The position numbers and the translations under genes were made by a program. Shown here one piece after another: positions 11,310 through 22,198 of a stretch of DNA of 59,330 nucleotides; the stretch's first letter is position 1; the number at the start of each line of letters is the position of its first letter. Origin of the DNA: an uncultured bacterium. GTDB taxonomy: Bacteria; Patescibacteriota; Gracilibacteria; Absconditabacterales; Absconditicoccaceae. The stretch is taken from positions 1 to 59,330 of the forward strand of contig CAIXFE010000093.1 of NCBI GenBank assembly GCA_903918675.1. Direction: 5' to 3'. The notes under the pieces were generated by a model. The model was not told the origin of the DNA. It worked only from the letters and a program-made list of their open reading frames with translations, and did not search any database.

Positions 11310-12587
11310 CTAATCATTCACATCGTAATCATCATCGAACCTACTCAAATATTCTTTCTCTTCATCCTCATTATCATAATCTTCATCGCTCTTTTTCTTT
11401 TGTCCTTTCACCTTTTTCCTCTTCCCTTCGGTAGCCTCCAGTTTAGCGATATCATCCTCAATTCCAAGTATTTTTTGCAATCCCGTATGTTCTTTCAATT
11501 TCTGAATGACCTTCTGTTCGATCTGCCTCACTCTTTCTCTCGTGACATCAAATTCCTCTCCTACTTGTTCCAATGTATATTTGGGTCAATCAATTCCATA
11601 TCTCATTTTGACGATCTTCGCTTCTCTATCATCCAGCATTGCTAAGATCATATCTAGATTTTGCCTCAGGGCATTCTTCTCTGCAAACTGATCCGGCCTC
11701 AACGTATTGTTATCTTCGATCAAATCGGCTAAGGTGTCTCTTCATTCATCACCCACTTCTCTATCTAACGATACATTTCCGAAGATCACTTCTTCCAATT
11801 TCTTGATCTTCTTGATAGGAAACCCCAGTTTCTGTCAGATTTCTTTGGAGGTTGGCTCTCTTCATAATTTCTGGAACAGAATCTGATAGGTTTTATTGTA
11901 AGAATTAATTTCATCGATCAAATGGACGGGAATCCTTACGTGTTTGGTCATATCAGCTATGGCTTTGGTGATGCTTTGTTTGATCCACCAAGTCGCATAG
12001 GTAGAGAATTTAAATTCTTTATCTGGATCAAATTTTTCTATCGCTTTGATCAGCCCAATATTCCCTTCTTGGATGAGATCCGAAAAGCTCAATCTAGAGC
12101 CAAAAAACCTCTTGGCGATACTGATCACCAATCTAAGATTGGATTCTATCAATGTCCTCTTAGCTGCCTCATCTCACTTTTTGACACGTCTTGCGATATC
12201 TCTTTCATCTTCAGAATTTAGCAATGGGATCTTAGATATCTCATTGAAATAGAGCTTGATAAAGTCCTTATGCTGAGGATCGGCGCGACGAGTATCAGTT
12301 TCGTATAATTGCATTTTACCAAGTTTCGTCTCTTTCTTGGCTTCTTCAGCTTCTTTTTCTAATATTTCTTCGATAGTAATGATCTTGATCCCGAGTTTCT
12401 CAGCTAGATCATAAAATTTCTCGATAATCTTGATATTGAGATCCATATCATCGACATCAGCAATCACATCTTCTTCATTGATGATACCCGTGAGGAATCC
12501 TTGCTTCAAGAGATCCTGCAGTGGTTTACTGAGTTCAGAGATGTCATCCTGGAAACTTTCCCATAATTGTTTTTTTACTTTTAGCAT
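11310..12587 (-). CDS. rpoD: primary sigma factor RpoD
   Basis: Three same-frame pieces. [67 protein letters not shown]. Carries an extra charged C-terminal tail. Confidence 0.95.
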
Positions 12588-12643
12588 ACCAAAGAAGGGG
12601 ATTATGGAGTAAAAGTACTAAAGAACAGGCAATCTTCAAATAT

Positions 12644-12671
12644 TTGACAAATACGATAAAATATATATAAT
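12644..12671 (+). promoter_or_regulatory. near-consensus sigma70 promoter
   Basis: TTGACA-16 nt-TATAAT on the plus strand. The next recognisable plus-strand gene (ruvA) starts about 400 nt downstream. Confidence 0.5.
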
Positions 12672-12937
12672 ATATATGGTGTAGTGACCATGTGCTTAAA
12701 TAGAGAAAGGGAACATTATCTTGCAAAAGATTTTGTTCTTTTCTTTTTGCAGGAGAAGGTAGTTATTACCTATCTTCTTGTACCAGCATATGAATTTAAG
12801 AACAACAAAAAAATTTGTCACAAAAGAATTTGTACGGATTTAATCACCAATATCAACAGAAAAATTGGTCTACATATTCACGGATATTCTTGCTAAGATT
12901 GTATGGAAACAGAGTGTGGATTGATTATATTCTTAGT

Positions 12938-13049
12938 GTTAAAAGGTTAAAGAGTTGAAAGGTTAAAGGGTTATTAATGAGATAAAAACACGTTAACCCG
13001 TTAACACACTAACTCGGTAACTCGCTATAACTCGCCAACCCGTTAACCA
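12938..13049. repeat. word-array palindromic element (GGTTAAA / GTTAACC)
   Basis: Left arm GTTAAAAGGTTAAAGAGTTGAAAGGTTAAAGGGTTA, right arm CGTTAACCCGTTAACACACTAACTCGGTAACTCGC...CCCGTTAACC. Period is about 7 nt. Confidence 0.75.
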
Positions 13050-13072
13050 TTTAATTCTTAAATTCCCTTCCT

Positions 13073-13624
13073 ATGTTTCACTTATTCACTGGCAAACGCA
13101 TTTCCTACGGACCCAAGACCTACCTTCAAAACGCATACTTCGGTATCCAAGCAAACTATATGTGAATCCAGTCAGAAGGTACTTTTTTTCTCTATCCTTA
13201 TCTAGATGATAATAAGAAGACAATAATTTATTATGCCTTCGATACGGCAGATCAGCAGGCGCTTTTCGAGAGCTTACTCAAAGTCAGTGGGATCGGGCCA
13301 AAGACCGCTTTCCAGATCGTACAGTTGCCTAGAGAAAATCTCCAGACGGCACTCAAAACCGTAGACGTAAAGTTTTTCCAGTCCATCCCAGGCATCTGAC
13401 CTAAGTCTGCAAAGAAAATTTTGCTGGAACTCAAATGAACGGTCGGTGTCGAAGATTTCGAAAAGATTACCGTCGACGAAAAATTATTCAAAGACATCGT
13501 CAAATCACTCAAAAATTTCGGCTATGATACCTACAAAGTCAAAGAAGTTCTACAAAAATATGATGGCAAAATCACTAAAGAAAATATGCCAGAAGTGATC
13601 AAGTGGATTATTAAGAATATATAA
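13073..13624 (+). CDS. ruvA: Holliday junction DNA helicase subunit RuvA
   Basis: Two HhH motifs, LLKVSGIGPKTAFQIV and QSIPGI[TGA]PKSAKKILLELK. 183 aa. Confidence 0.85.
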
Positions 13625-13629
13625 GACAT

Positions 13630-14499
13630 CTAATTAAGTGTCTCATGAGAGGTATAATCGGGGCTAGAAAATTGGGTAATTGGTTCTTTTCCTATATGAC
13701 TTTGTATCATATCTAGAACCTTTTTCGTTTCTTTTCAAGGGAATAAATTTCGACTCTTTTTTGCATAGGAGGAAGCTTTAATATAATCTTTTTTTTCAGC
13801 AAAAATTTCAGCGAACAATAGATATATATCTGCATCCCTACCCAAAGTGGTAGACGATGGGGTATCAAGTTTTAAACTTTCTTGAAGATAATCTATCGCT
13901 TGATCATAAGCTCATGAGCGCCTCAAAATAAATGCTTGTATATAGAGAATACTTTTCACTTGTTGAAACGATCATTGAGGATAAACCCCATCAAATAAAG
14001 CCAAGAATTTATTAGAATATTCAGTTACCTCATGATAGTAAGAAGATACATTAGTGTCAAAAGTAATTATCGCTTTCAAAAGCCAGAGGCCCTTTTGATC
14101 TTCCACGGACAATTGAGCTATATCACTCTCTGAAAATTTATTAGAAAAATCAAGAGCTTCAGTATACTTATGTAAGCAGTAAAATGCTAAAGATCATTTG
14201 ACAACAATGCGACGTTTTTGCTCTAAATCAATGCTATTCCCAGCGAGCAAAGGCACTAAACTCTTGGCAATGAACATCGCCTTGGAATAATCTTTAGACT
14301 CATATATTTTCTCAAGATAATCTATAAGGTGGGCATCATGCCTATGCGCTTCAAGTCAAGGATTCACTTCAGAACGAAGGGTGTCAGCAAGAGTTTTTTG
14401 GACGAATAAAGATTCTTTCCCTGCAAAAAGATCCAAGCCCTCATGCCTTGTCTTTTGTACATCTGCAAAATCTGGTTTAAAGAATTTTTCTTCTTGCAT
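13630..14499 (-). CDS. hypothetical protein, TPR-like helical repeats
   Basis: Continuous 289-aa ORF with TGA=Gly, checked triplet by triplet. No recognisable catalytic motif. Confidence 0.5.
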
Positions 14500-14575
14500 A
14501 CTCGATAAGTAAATTATTTTATAAAAATTTTAATATAGGATCCCCTAGTTAAGAAGTGATATGATGGTAATATTT

Positions 14576-15361
14576 CTACACATTAAAATTCTTGATTTGA
14601 AGGAGAACAGGGAAATCTCTTCTAAAAGTCTTCAATGCTTGTAAATCCAAGGTTGCAGTGATAACACCTTCTTCGCTTCCCAATGCCGCTAATTCCTGAC
14701 CATCATAAGAAAGGATTCTGCTATCTCCACACAATCATTCTCCAGTATCTCCACATGCACAGAAATAGACCTGATTTTCTATCGCTCTTGACTTGGTCAA
14801 TACCTCTCGGGCTACAGATCACGTTTTCTTCCTGAAGTGTGCAGGTAAAAAAATGACCTCAGCTCACTTTCTCGCTAAAGCTTGGAAATATTCTGGATAT
14901 CTCAGATCATAACAGACACCTACACCGATCTTCACTCCCTCCAATTCAAACAATCACAACGAATTTCCTGGGGAAGTCGTATCTGATTCTCTTACAATGA
15001 TATCTGGTCTATTCACATAAAACATATAGATCTTATCGTACTGATAGACAATGTCTCATGTCCTATCTAAGATGAGGGCAGTATTGGTAAATTTATGAGG
15101 AGTCATAGAACGAAATTTGATACTTCATAGGACAATATTTACTTTATTCTTTTTCGCGAATTCTTTAAAAGCATGGACATAAGGAGATTCTAAGGTCTCT
15201 CAAGCATCAGCGGGCCCCCAATACAAAAAACTCTCCGAGAAACAAATGATGTCTGGCTTATCCTTGAGTGCTTGATTTGCAAACCCCATTGCCTTCTGAA
15301 AGTTAGCCTCCTTATTGTCTCATGAGATCATCTGCACGAGAGATACTTTGATAGTGTTCAT
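14576..15361 (-). CDS. carbon-nitrogen hydrolase (nitrilase superfamily)
   Basis: Candidate E-K-C triad contexts: IICFSESF, YDKIYMF, IGVGVCYDLRYPE. 261 aa, frame verified. Confidence 0.8.
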
Positions 15362-15566
15362 GGTAATCCGGGAAAGGAATAAAAGAAAATCCTGCCGTAG
15401 TCCTTTTTCCGTATTAGTGATAGAGCTGAGATCAAAAAATTATATAAAGAAATATATAAGTAATTAAATATGAAAGTCAATAGATAGTTTGGAATGAAAC
15501 TTTATGTAAGGTTTGAAAAACAATAGGGTATAAATACCTGAGAAACAGACTGCGAAATCCCTTTAT

Positions 15567-17570
15567 CTACACCTTTAAAGCATCTATCATAACGGATGTC
15601 TTTGATCAACTTAGTTTAATCTGAGTGATCACCCTACCCATAATGTCCATGATCTCACCATTATCAGGGTATCTCTCCAAGAGTTTGGACAAGAATTCCT
15701 CGGCAACTACATATCTTTTGAGATCATAAAGAATTTTTCATTTCAACAAAAGTTCGCTTTCTGAAAGAGTTGATTCCCCTCTCTGTTCAAGTAATGAAAG
15801 TATTTTAGAGAGGGTCTCAGTTGCGAGAGCGCTGTTAGATCCAGATAAGAGTTTTTCAGCCTGCACATACTCACCTTTCTTAAAGAATAGCAATCCCTTA
15901 TCCTCTAATGCATATTTCTCTCAATCTTTAAGGATCTTCGCTACCTCAGGGTGAGAAGAAAGATAATTTTCAAAATCAGAAACGATTCTTTTGTTAAGAT
16001 TAAGCGCCTCATTATATTTTTCAAGTTTGATAAGCTCATTGAATTTATCAATCTGTTTAGTAACACCTCGACTTTCAACAGAATCAGATGACTTAACTTT
16101 AGCCAATGCCTCTGGGCTTGATTCGGACTTGGCCTGTAATATAATATCTCTCAAATGTGAGAATCGTGCTACGATTTTAGGACGATCCAATATATCATCA
16201 TCAAAACGAGAAATGGTCTCCTGAATAAGAGCAAGAGCATAGTCGTATTCTCCCTGGACAAAAGCTTCATCGGCCTTATCTTTCAGATGCTGTATTTCAT
16301 TTTTAACATTTTCATCTATACGAGGGACAACTCTTTTCCCACCTCGCAATTCCTTGTCATCTAATAATTTCTTCTTTAAACTCTTAATGTTCTGCATAAC
16401 TTTAGGATGATCTAATATGTAGTCTTCCAGATTACGAGGCGTATTTTCAAGCACAAAAAGTGCCTCGTCATAACTTCCCGATTCATAAAGCTCGTCTATC
16501 TTAGCTTTCATAGAATCAAATTCCTTCTGTAGCAAGGGCTCATCCATTTTATTTTTTTTCTTCTGTAGTTCATGACTAGGTAATGATGCTTTAGCATGCA
16601 ATATTCTCTTCTTCCAATCCTTAAGGCTCTCCATAATCTGAAATTCCTTATGATCTAACATATAATCCGTTAAGTAAGCTGGGATATCTTGAAGGGCAGC
16701 AAGCACTTCATCATATCTCTTCAGCGCATAGAGCGCTTGCATCTTAAACTCAATAAAAAGAATTTGCCTCTCAATGCTAGGTGGAGTAGCTTGATTGGCA
16801 TAGATACCATTATCAATATCGGTTAGACCATCCAGTACTGTCTGGTACTGTCATTTTGCAAGATTATATTCCATCTTTATACCGACGAATCGATAAGTAA
16901 ATTCTGGATCTCAAGATATCGCATTGATATTATCGGTAACATAATGAATAGTAGATTTTAGATTGTCTAAATCGAATTTTTCCAGAAAATATTGTGCCTT
17001 CCACATCATCATATGCCAGACGGAATGAGTCCCCAGGGCCTCCACAAGATCACTCATAGTATAGTTAGAAAATAGTTCATCTATTATAGGCAGAAAATCA
17101 GGAGGCTTCTGAGCATTATCATATGTAGTAGCATTTGGATTCTCACGATCATTGCTATACTTGATAGACTTTATATCGTGATCAGAATTAGCATAGGACA
17201 GATAGTTAGTCTCAACAGAATTATATAAAAAACGAATTTTTTTTTGTTGAACAATATTTTCAGCATCCATTTCTACCTCAATGGGATCGAGAAGTTTCCC
17301 AGGATCGTTGGGTGTATTCGCATAATTTTTGTCTTGAATAGAAAACTCCTCATGTAGAATTTGATTGGCTAGCCCCTTATGTAGTCCTTCATAAAAAGGA
17401 TAAGGATTGTCTTCCGGATCATCTAGATCATAATAGACTTCCTCGTTCTCAACTCTAAAATTTTCACTTGTACAAAAATTATGTAACAACTCATCATGAG
17501 CTAAAGCACCCCTTAGCGACTTGTCTTCGGGAAGCCTAGGGGCAAGATCACCAATGTTATTCTTTATCAT
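15567..17570 (-). CDS. large hypothetical protein (N-terminal unknown domain plus 4-5 TPR-like ~65-aa repeats)
   Basis: The 219-aa and 273-aa track ORFs and their flanks are one frame joined by TGA at 16911..16913 and 15921..15923. No TAA/TAG over 2004 nt. Repeat unit is ..Y(D/N)EAL..L......DY(I/M)LDHP(K/E)V.... Confidence 0.5.
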
Positions 17571-17600
17571 GCCACATAATCAGGAAAATAAACACCCTAG

Positions 17601-17628
17601 ATTATAATGATTTACTCGGATTTGTCAA
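17601..17628 (-). promoter_or_regulatory. consensus sigma70 promoter for the 15567..17570 gene
   Basis: Minus strand reads TTGACA-16 nt-TATAAT, 31 nt upstream of the ATG at 17570. Confidence 0.6.
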
Positions 17629-17642
17629 ACCATGTGATTCAC

Positions 17643-18197
17643 CTACAAAATCCCTCTTCCCTTATACCAAACCAACAATTCTTCAAACAACTCATTCATC
17701 TCTGGAAATTCTAAATAGTACTTCTGCTTAATCTCTCTAACCAATGCTTCCGTCCATCAGGCAAAACTTTCATCCGTAGAATCCATAGCACAGATGTCAG
17801 CATCCAGTTTATCTATAGCAGTGGCAAATCTCGACTCCAATGTTTTCTTCTCTTCAAATTCTTGGAAAAGCTGAATATATTTTTCTTTTAAAATGATGGG
17901 CAAATCATCAGCTATTTTGTACATAGCGAGACGCTCTTGCTCTACCTTAGCTTTCCTGGCTTCCACATGATGTGCTGGCGTATCGCCAGTTTCTATCTCA
18001 ACGAGATCATGATACATCAGTAATTCATATACCTTCAACCTATCGATATCTAGCTTCATAATGCCGAGAAAATAATCGGCGATGATCAGCGAGCTTCGAC
18101 AATGTTCAGCGGTGCTTTCTGTCCTTCCATCTACATCTATATCTCTCAAGACATGCTTGAGTTGTGAAAGTTTATGAAGTTTCTGAACGTCGCTCAT
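17643..18197 (-). CDS. HD-domain phosphohydrolase (YfbR-like)
   Basis: TAEHCRSS..., LMYHDLVEIETGDTP, AIDKLDA. One TGA joined. TAG stop. Confidence 0.75.
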
Positions 18198-18221
18198 TGA
18201 AAGAGAGTTTATGATATAAAT

Positions 18222-18860
18222 TTATTTCTTCTTCCCAAATACTTTTTTGACTGCTAGATACACATCTTTCCGAGTTTCACAAGGCAAAATGTTCGCAGAT
18301 AATGATGAGGTATCTGAGTGCCCATACAGAAACACGGTTCATGGATATTCGATGTTTCATTTCCCTATTGTCCTTATGTTGTCATCCACGATACCCAAAA
18401 TATTGGGATAGAGTTTATTCAACAACGCCATCTTCCAGGTAGTAACGCCATCCATCTTGGAAACAGCATCTGGCTTATGGATAATTGGCACATCAGGAAA
18501 TCCAAATTTCTTCAATCGATATTTTGTTCACTGCATGACTTTACTTGGCCTCACAGTAATATATGCCGTGATAGGAATGATTTTGTTAACTTTTTTCACA
18601 TAGGTACTTGCTCATGCACACATAGAAATACTTTTCTGTCACTCATTATCATTGACCATATGCCTGGTTCGTGCCTCAGCCTCAGGCGTCTGTCGATAAG
18701 GGACATCGTAGGTATTATGATATTTTTTCAATAAGTCTTCAACCTTCAATCATTCAGGATTACCAAAAAGTTTTTGCATCTTTTTCGCCCGACAACAAAA
18801 GGTGGCTGCAAGCGTATCATCTATATCCAAGGCTAATCATGGCTTCAATTTGGGAATCAT
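18222..18860 (-). CDS. HAD-superfamily hydrolase (5'(3')-deoxyribonucleotidase-like)
   Basis: DxDxT motif LALDIDDTLA at the N-terminus, VDDN near the C-terminus. Continuous only with TGA=Gly. Confidence 0.65.
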
Positions 18861-18965
18861 TATATTTCTTTCTAAACATAAAAAAGCAGACTCCACTTCA
18901 CATTCTTGCTTGCATTTCACGCATGGATTTATATTGTATTTTGTGTTGAATTCAATGAAAAAATA

Positions 18966-19145
18966 TTAGGGAATAAAGGTGCAAAGGACAGAAAGGTGCA
19001 AAGGGAAAAATAGAAGGGGGTGCAAAGGCATAAAAGGATCAAAGGTATAAAAGGGATTTCACTTTCCTACCTTTCAAACCTTTCTTCCCTTTCAAGCCTT
19101 TCCTACCTTTCAAACCTTTCTTCCCTTTCAAGCCCTTTCTTCCCG
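18966..19145. repeat. word-array palindromic element (AAAGG.. / CCTTTC.., 9-nt period)
   Basis: Left arm AAAGGTGCAAAGGACAGAAAGGTGCAAAGGG.... Right arm is CCTTTCAAA CCTTTCTTC CCTTTCAAG CCTTTCCTA, present twice. Confidence 0.8.
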
Positions 19146-19183
19146 TTGCCCCTACTTCTTTAACCTGCTCCTTGTAACCACTT

Positions 19184-21262
19184 ATGCAAATACGTAACTT
19201 TTGTATCATCGCTCATATCGATCATGGAAAATCAACATTAGCCGATAGGATGCTTGAGATGACTTGAACCGTGAGGAAAATCGATCATAATCAGATGCTG
19301 GATCGCATGGATATCGAACAAGAAAGAGGGATCACCATTAAGTTAACTCCAGCGAGAATGCACTGGAAAGGGTATGAACTCAATCTCATCGATACTCCCG
19401 GACATGTAGATTTCCAGTATGAAGTCTCTCGTTCTCTCGCCGCTGTAGAGGGCGTCATTTTGTTGATCGACTCAAGTCAATGAATCCAAGCGCAGACACT
19501 TTCCGTATTGTATATGGCAGTAGAGCAATGATTAGAAATCATCCCCGTCTTAAATAAAATCGATCTCCCTGCCGCACATCCAGAAAGAGTGGCCAAAGAA
19601 ATCGAGCATGTGATAGGGATCCCTAAGGAAGAAATTTTATTAGTCTCATGAAAGACAGGGGAGTGAGTGGAAGAAGTATTGGATGCGATTATCGAAAGGA
19701 TCAAAGATCCTGATACCTTCAAAAAAGAAAATCCTCAGAAATATCGACCTGCTGGAAGTCATTCTGAGAGAAGCGAAGAATATAATAAGGCCAATGATAT
19801 CCTTCACAAAAGTTCAGGATGACACGATTGAATCTCCAGAGCCCTTATTTTCGATTGTGTCTATGACGCATACAAAGGCGTAGTCGCGTACGTCAAAGTC
19901 GTAGAATGATCATTCAAAGCAGGGGAGTCAATGCATCTCATCCATTCCGATACCGATATCATCGCGACTGAAGTCTGACATTTTTCTCCAGAATATACCA
20001 AAGATAAAACATTATCTCATGGGCAGATCGGCTATATTCTTACCTGATTAAAATCCGTCCGTGATGCACAAATTGGCGATACAATCATATGATGAATTGA
20101 AAATTGAAAATTAGAAATTAAAAATTTGCGTGATTTTATTGTGCCTGGTTTCAAGAGGGTCAAGCCATACGTCTATGCAGGCATGTACCCCGTCGATACG
20201 AATGATTATGAAAAACTCAAAGATAGTTTAGAAAAATTATCATTGAACGATAGTGCTGTAGAATATTCACTAGAAGACAGTAAAGCACTGGGATTTTGAT
20301 TTCGCTGTGGATTTCTGTGAATGCTGCACATGGATATCATCAAAGAAAGATTACGGAGAGAATATGGCATCGAGACTATCTTTACCATCCCTACGGTAGT
20401 CTATCTCGTGAAATCCAAAAACCTCAGCATCCCCGAGATCAAATCCGGGAACAATATCCAGACACTCCTTTCTACCTGACTCTACAAAGATGTTTTGATC
20501 TACGAAAAATATACGACAGCTATTTCCAGTGATGACTTAGATGATATTGTTACCAATAATACTATCGATCCCTCTGAGATCTCATCAGAAATCTCTTCCG
20601 CTCTCACCCCCCGGATCGTCGTAAAATCAGGTTCGGATCTGCTCGATCAAGGCATCATGGATATCATCTTGGAGCCTATCGCAGAAGTGGAGATCGTCGG
20701 ACCCAAAGAATATGCAGGCAATATCATGGCCCTCAGCAATGAATACAGAGGCAGCCTCAAGTCGATGGATTACCTCGATGAGAATAGGGTAGTGTGGAAG
20801 TACGAATTACCCTTCGGCGAGATCATCATCGATTTTTACGACAGATTGAAGTCAGCGACAAAGGGCTATGCGACGATGAATTACGAATTCAAGAGATATC
20901 AAGAGGCCGACCTCGTCAAGATGGATATTTGGATCAATAATGAGAAAGTCGAGGCCTTGAGCTGGATCGTTCACAAGGATAAAGTCTATTATCTCGGTAG
21001 AGAAGTGACAGAAAAGCTTAAAACTCTGATCCCCAAACATCTGTTTACTATTCCTGTCCAGGCGGGTGTCGGTACCAAGATTATTGCTCGCGAAACTATT
21101 CCCGCTATGCGCAAAGATGTGATCGCGAAATGTTATGGAGGTGATGTAACGAGAAAAAGAAAATTATTGGCAAAGCAGAAAGAAGGAAAGAAGAAGATGA
21201 AAGCATTGGGTAATGTTAACGTGCCTTGAGACGTCTTTATAAAAATGGTAACCAGGGATTAG
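19184..21262 (+). CDS. lepA: elongation factor 4 (LepA)
   Basis: [20 protein letters not shown][TGA][58 protein letters not shown]. 692 aa because of low-complexity insertions. Confidence 0.95.
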
Positions 21263-21355
21263 GAATCGGTGAGCAGGAAGCAGGAATCTGTCCGAGCCCG
21301 GCCCCAATAAACCTGCCTGCCGGCAGGCAGGCCAATTCCCGATAAACCAATAAAC
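21258..21355. repeat. word-array element with perfect 20-nt palindrome core
   Basis: Core CCTGCCTGCCGGCAGGCAGG at 21312..21331, flanked by ..GGAATCGGTGAGCAGGAAGCAGGAAT.. and CCAATTCCCGATAAACCAATAAAC. Confidence 0.75.
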
Positions 21356-21375
21356 TGTCGTTCAACTTCCATAAA

Positions 21376-21681
21376 ATGATTTTACTTTTTAATAATGTAC
21401 CCCCCATGTTCCGAACGATCTTCTTGCGATACTTTATCGCCATCACTGCAATCACCTTTATCGTCCGATGAGTAGATAAATATAAAGCGAAGAAACAACT
21501 CCGAAGAATCCCAGAAAAAACGCTGTTGATTCTGACCGCACTGGGAGGGCGATTGGGAGCGATTTTATGAATCTCATTCTTCAGACATAAAACGATCAAA
21601 GGAAAATTTCTGATCTGGTTTTATGGGATTGTTGCGGCGTGGATAGTACTAGTTTTCGCATTGATGTATTTTATCAAATAA
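21376..21681 (+). CDS. DUF1294-like small membrane protein
   Basis: VDKYKAKKQLRRIPEKTLLILTALGGRLGAILG..FRHKTIKGKF pattern. 101 aa. Confidence 0.55.
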
Positions 21682-21711
21682 AGGTTTCTTTATATTCTTC
21701 AATATTATTTC

Positions 21712-22059
21712 ATGGCAGAAATAGGAATAATCGAAACTCTACATGCATCACATGGAAGCCAATCTCATGAGCATGACTTTAAAATTGAGATTGTTTTAGA
21801 AGGGAAAATAGATCCACAAACTGAATTTGTCGAAGGGATAGATCACTATAAAGTCATCGCTGAGTTGAAGAGGATACTCACAAAACTCGAAAATCAAGAT
21901 TTGAAAGAGATTTTAGCTCATGAAGGATATAGTTCTTCATGTAATGAATCTCTTGCAACTTATTTCATCAGATCGTTAAGAGACCAATTCCCGATCAAAT
22001 ATGTAAAGGTTTGGGAAACGGATAATAGATATGCTATTGTTTATGCCAATGAAGTATAA
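21712..22059 (+). CDS. queD: 6-carboxytetrahydropterin / 6-pyruvoyl-tetrahydropterin synthase family protein
   Basis: Intact 115-aa ORF. HASH..SHEHDFKIEIVLEG (His-rich metal site), C-terminal VWETDNRYAIV. Confidence 0.55.
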   Translation: MAEIGIIETLHASHGSQSHEHDFKIEIVLEGKIDPQTEFVEGIDHYKVIAELKRILTKLENQDLKEILAHEGYSSSCNESLATYFIRSLRDQFPIKYVKVWETDNRYAIVYANEV

Positions 22060-22065
22060 AAAAAT

Positions 22066-22180
22066 GTAATGAGTCTTCGACGTAATATATCACTTCGTGA
22101 TGTAATTTAGTCGCAATTATGTTGTAGCCACGATAAATTACAGCGTAGCGTAATTACGATATATTACGATACATCACAAT
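22066..22180. repeat. word-array palindromic element (ACGTAAT / ATTACG)
   Basis: Left arm CGACGTAATATATCACTTCGTGATGTAATT, right arm AAATTACAGCGTAGCGTAATTACGATATATTACGATACATCAC. Confidence 0.7.
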
Positions 22181-22198
22181 TTAACATAATAAGCCTCC

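Noticed and set aside
12684-12896. 70-aa ORF downstream of the 12644 promoter as a real gene.
   Set aside because: It has a GTG/ATG start without support and no recognisable family. I kept it only as a possibility in a finding.
16872-16913. Treating 16911..17570 and 15567..16874 as two separate genes.
   Set aside because: The only separator is a TGA (sense in this code) and both parts share one frame. An internal start at 16874 cannot be excluded but is not required.
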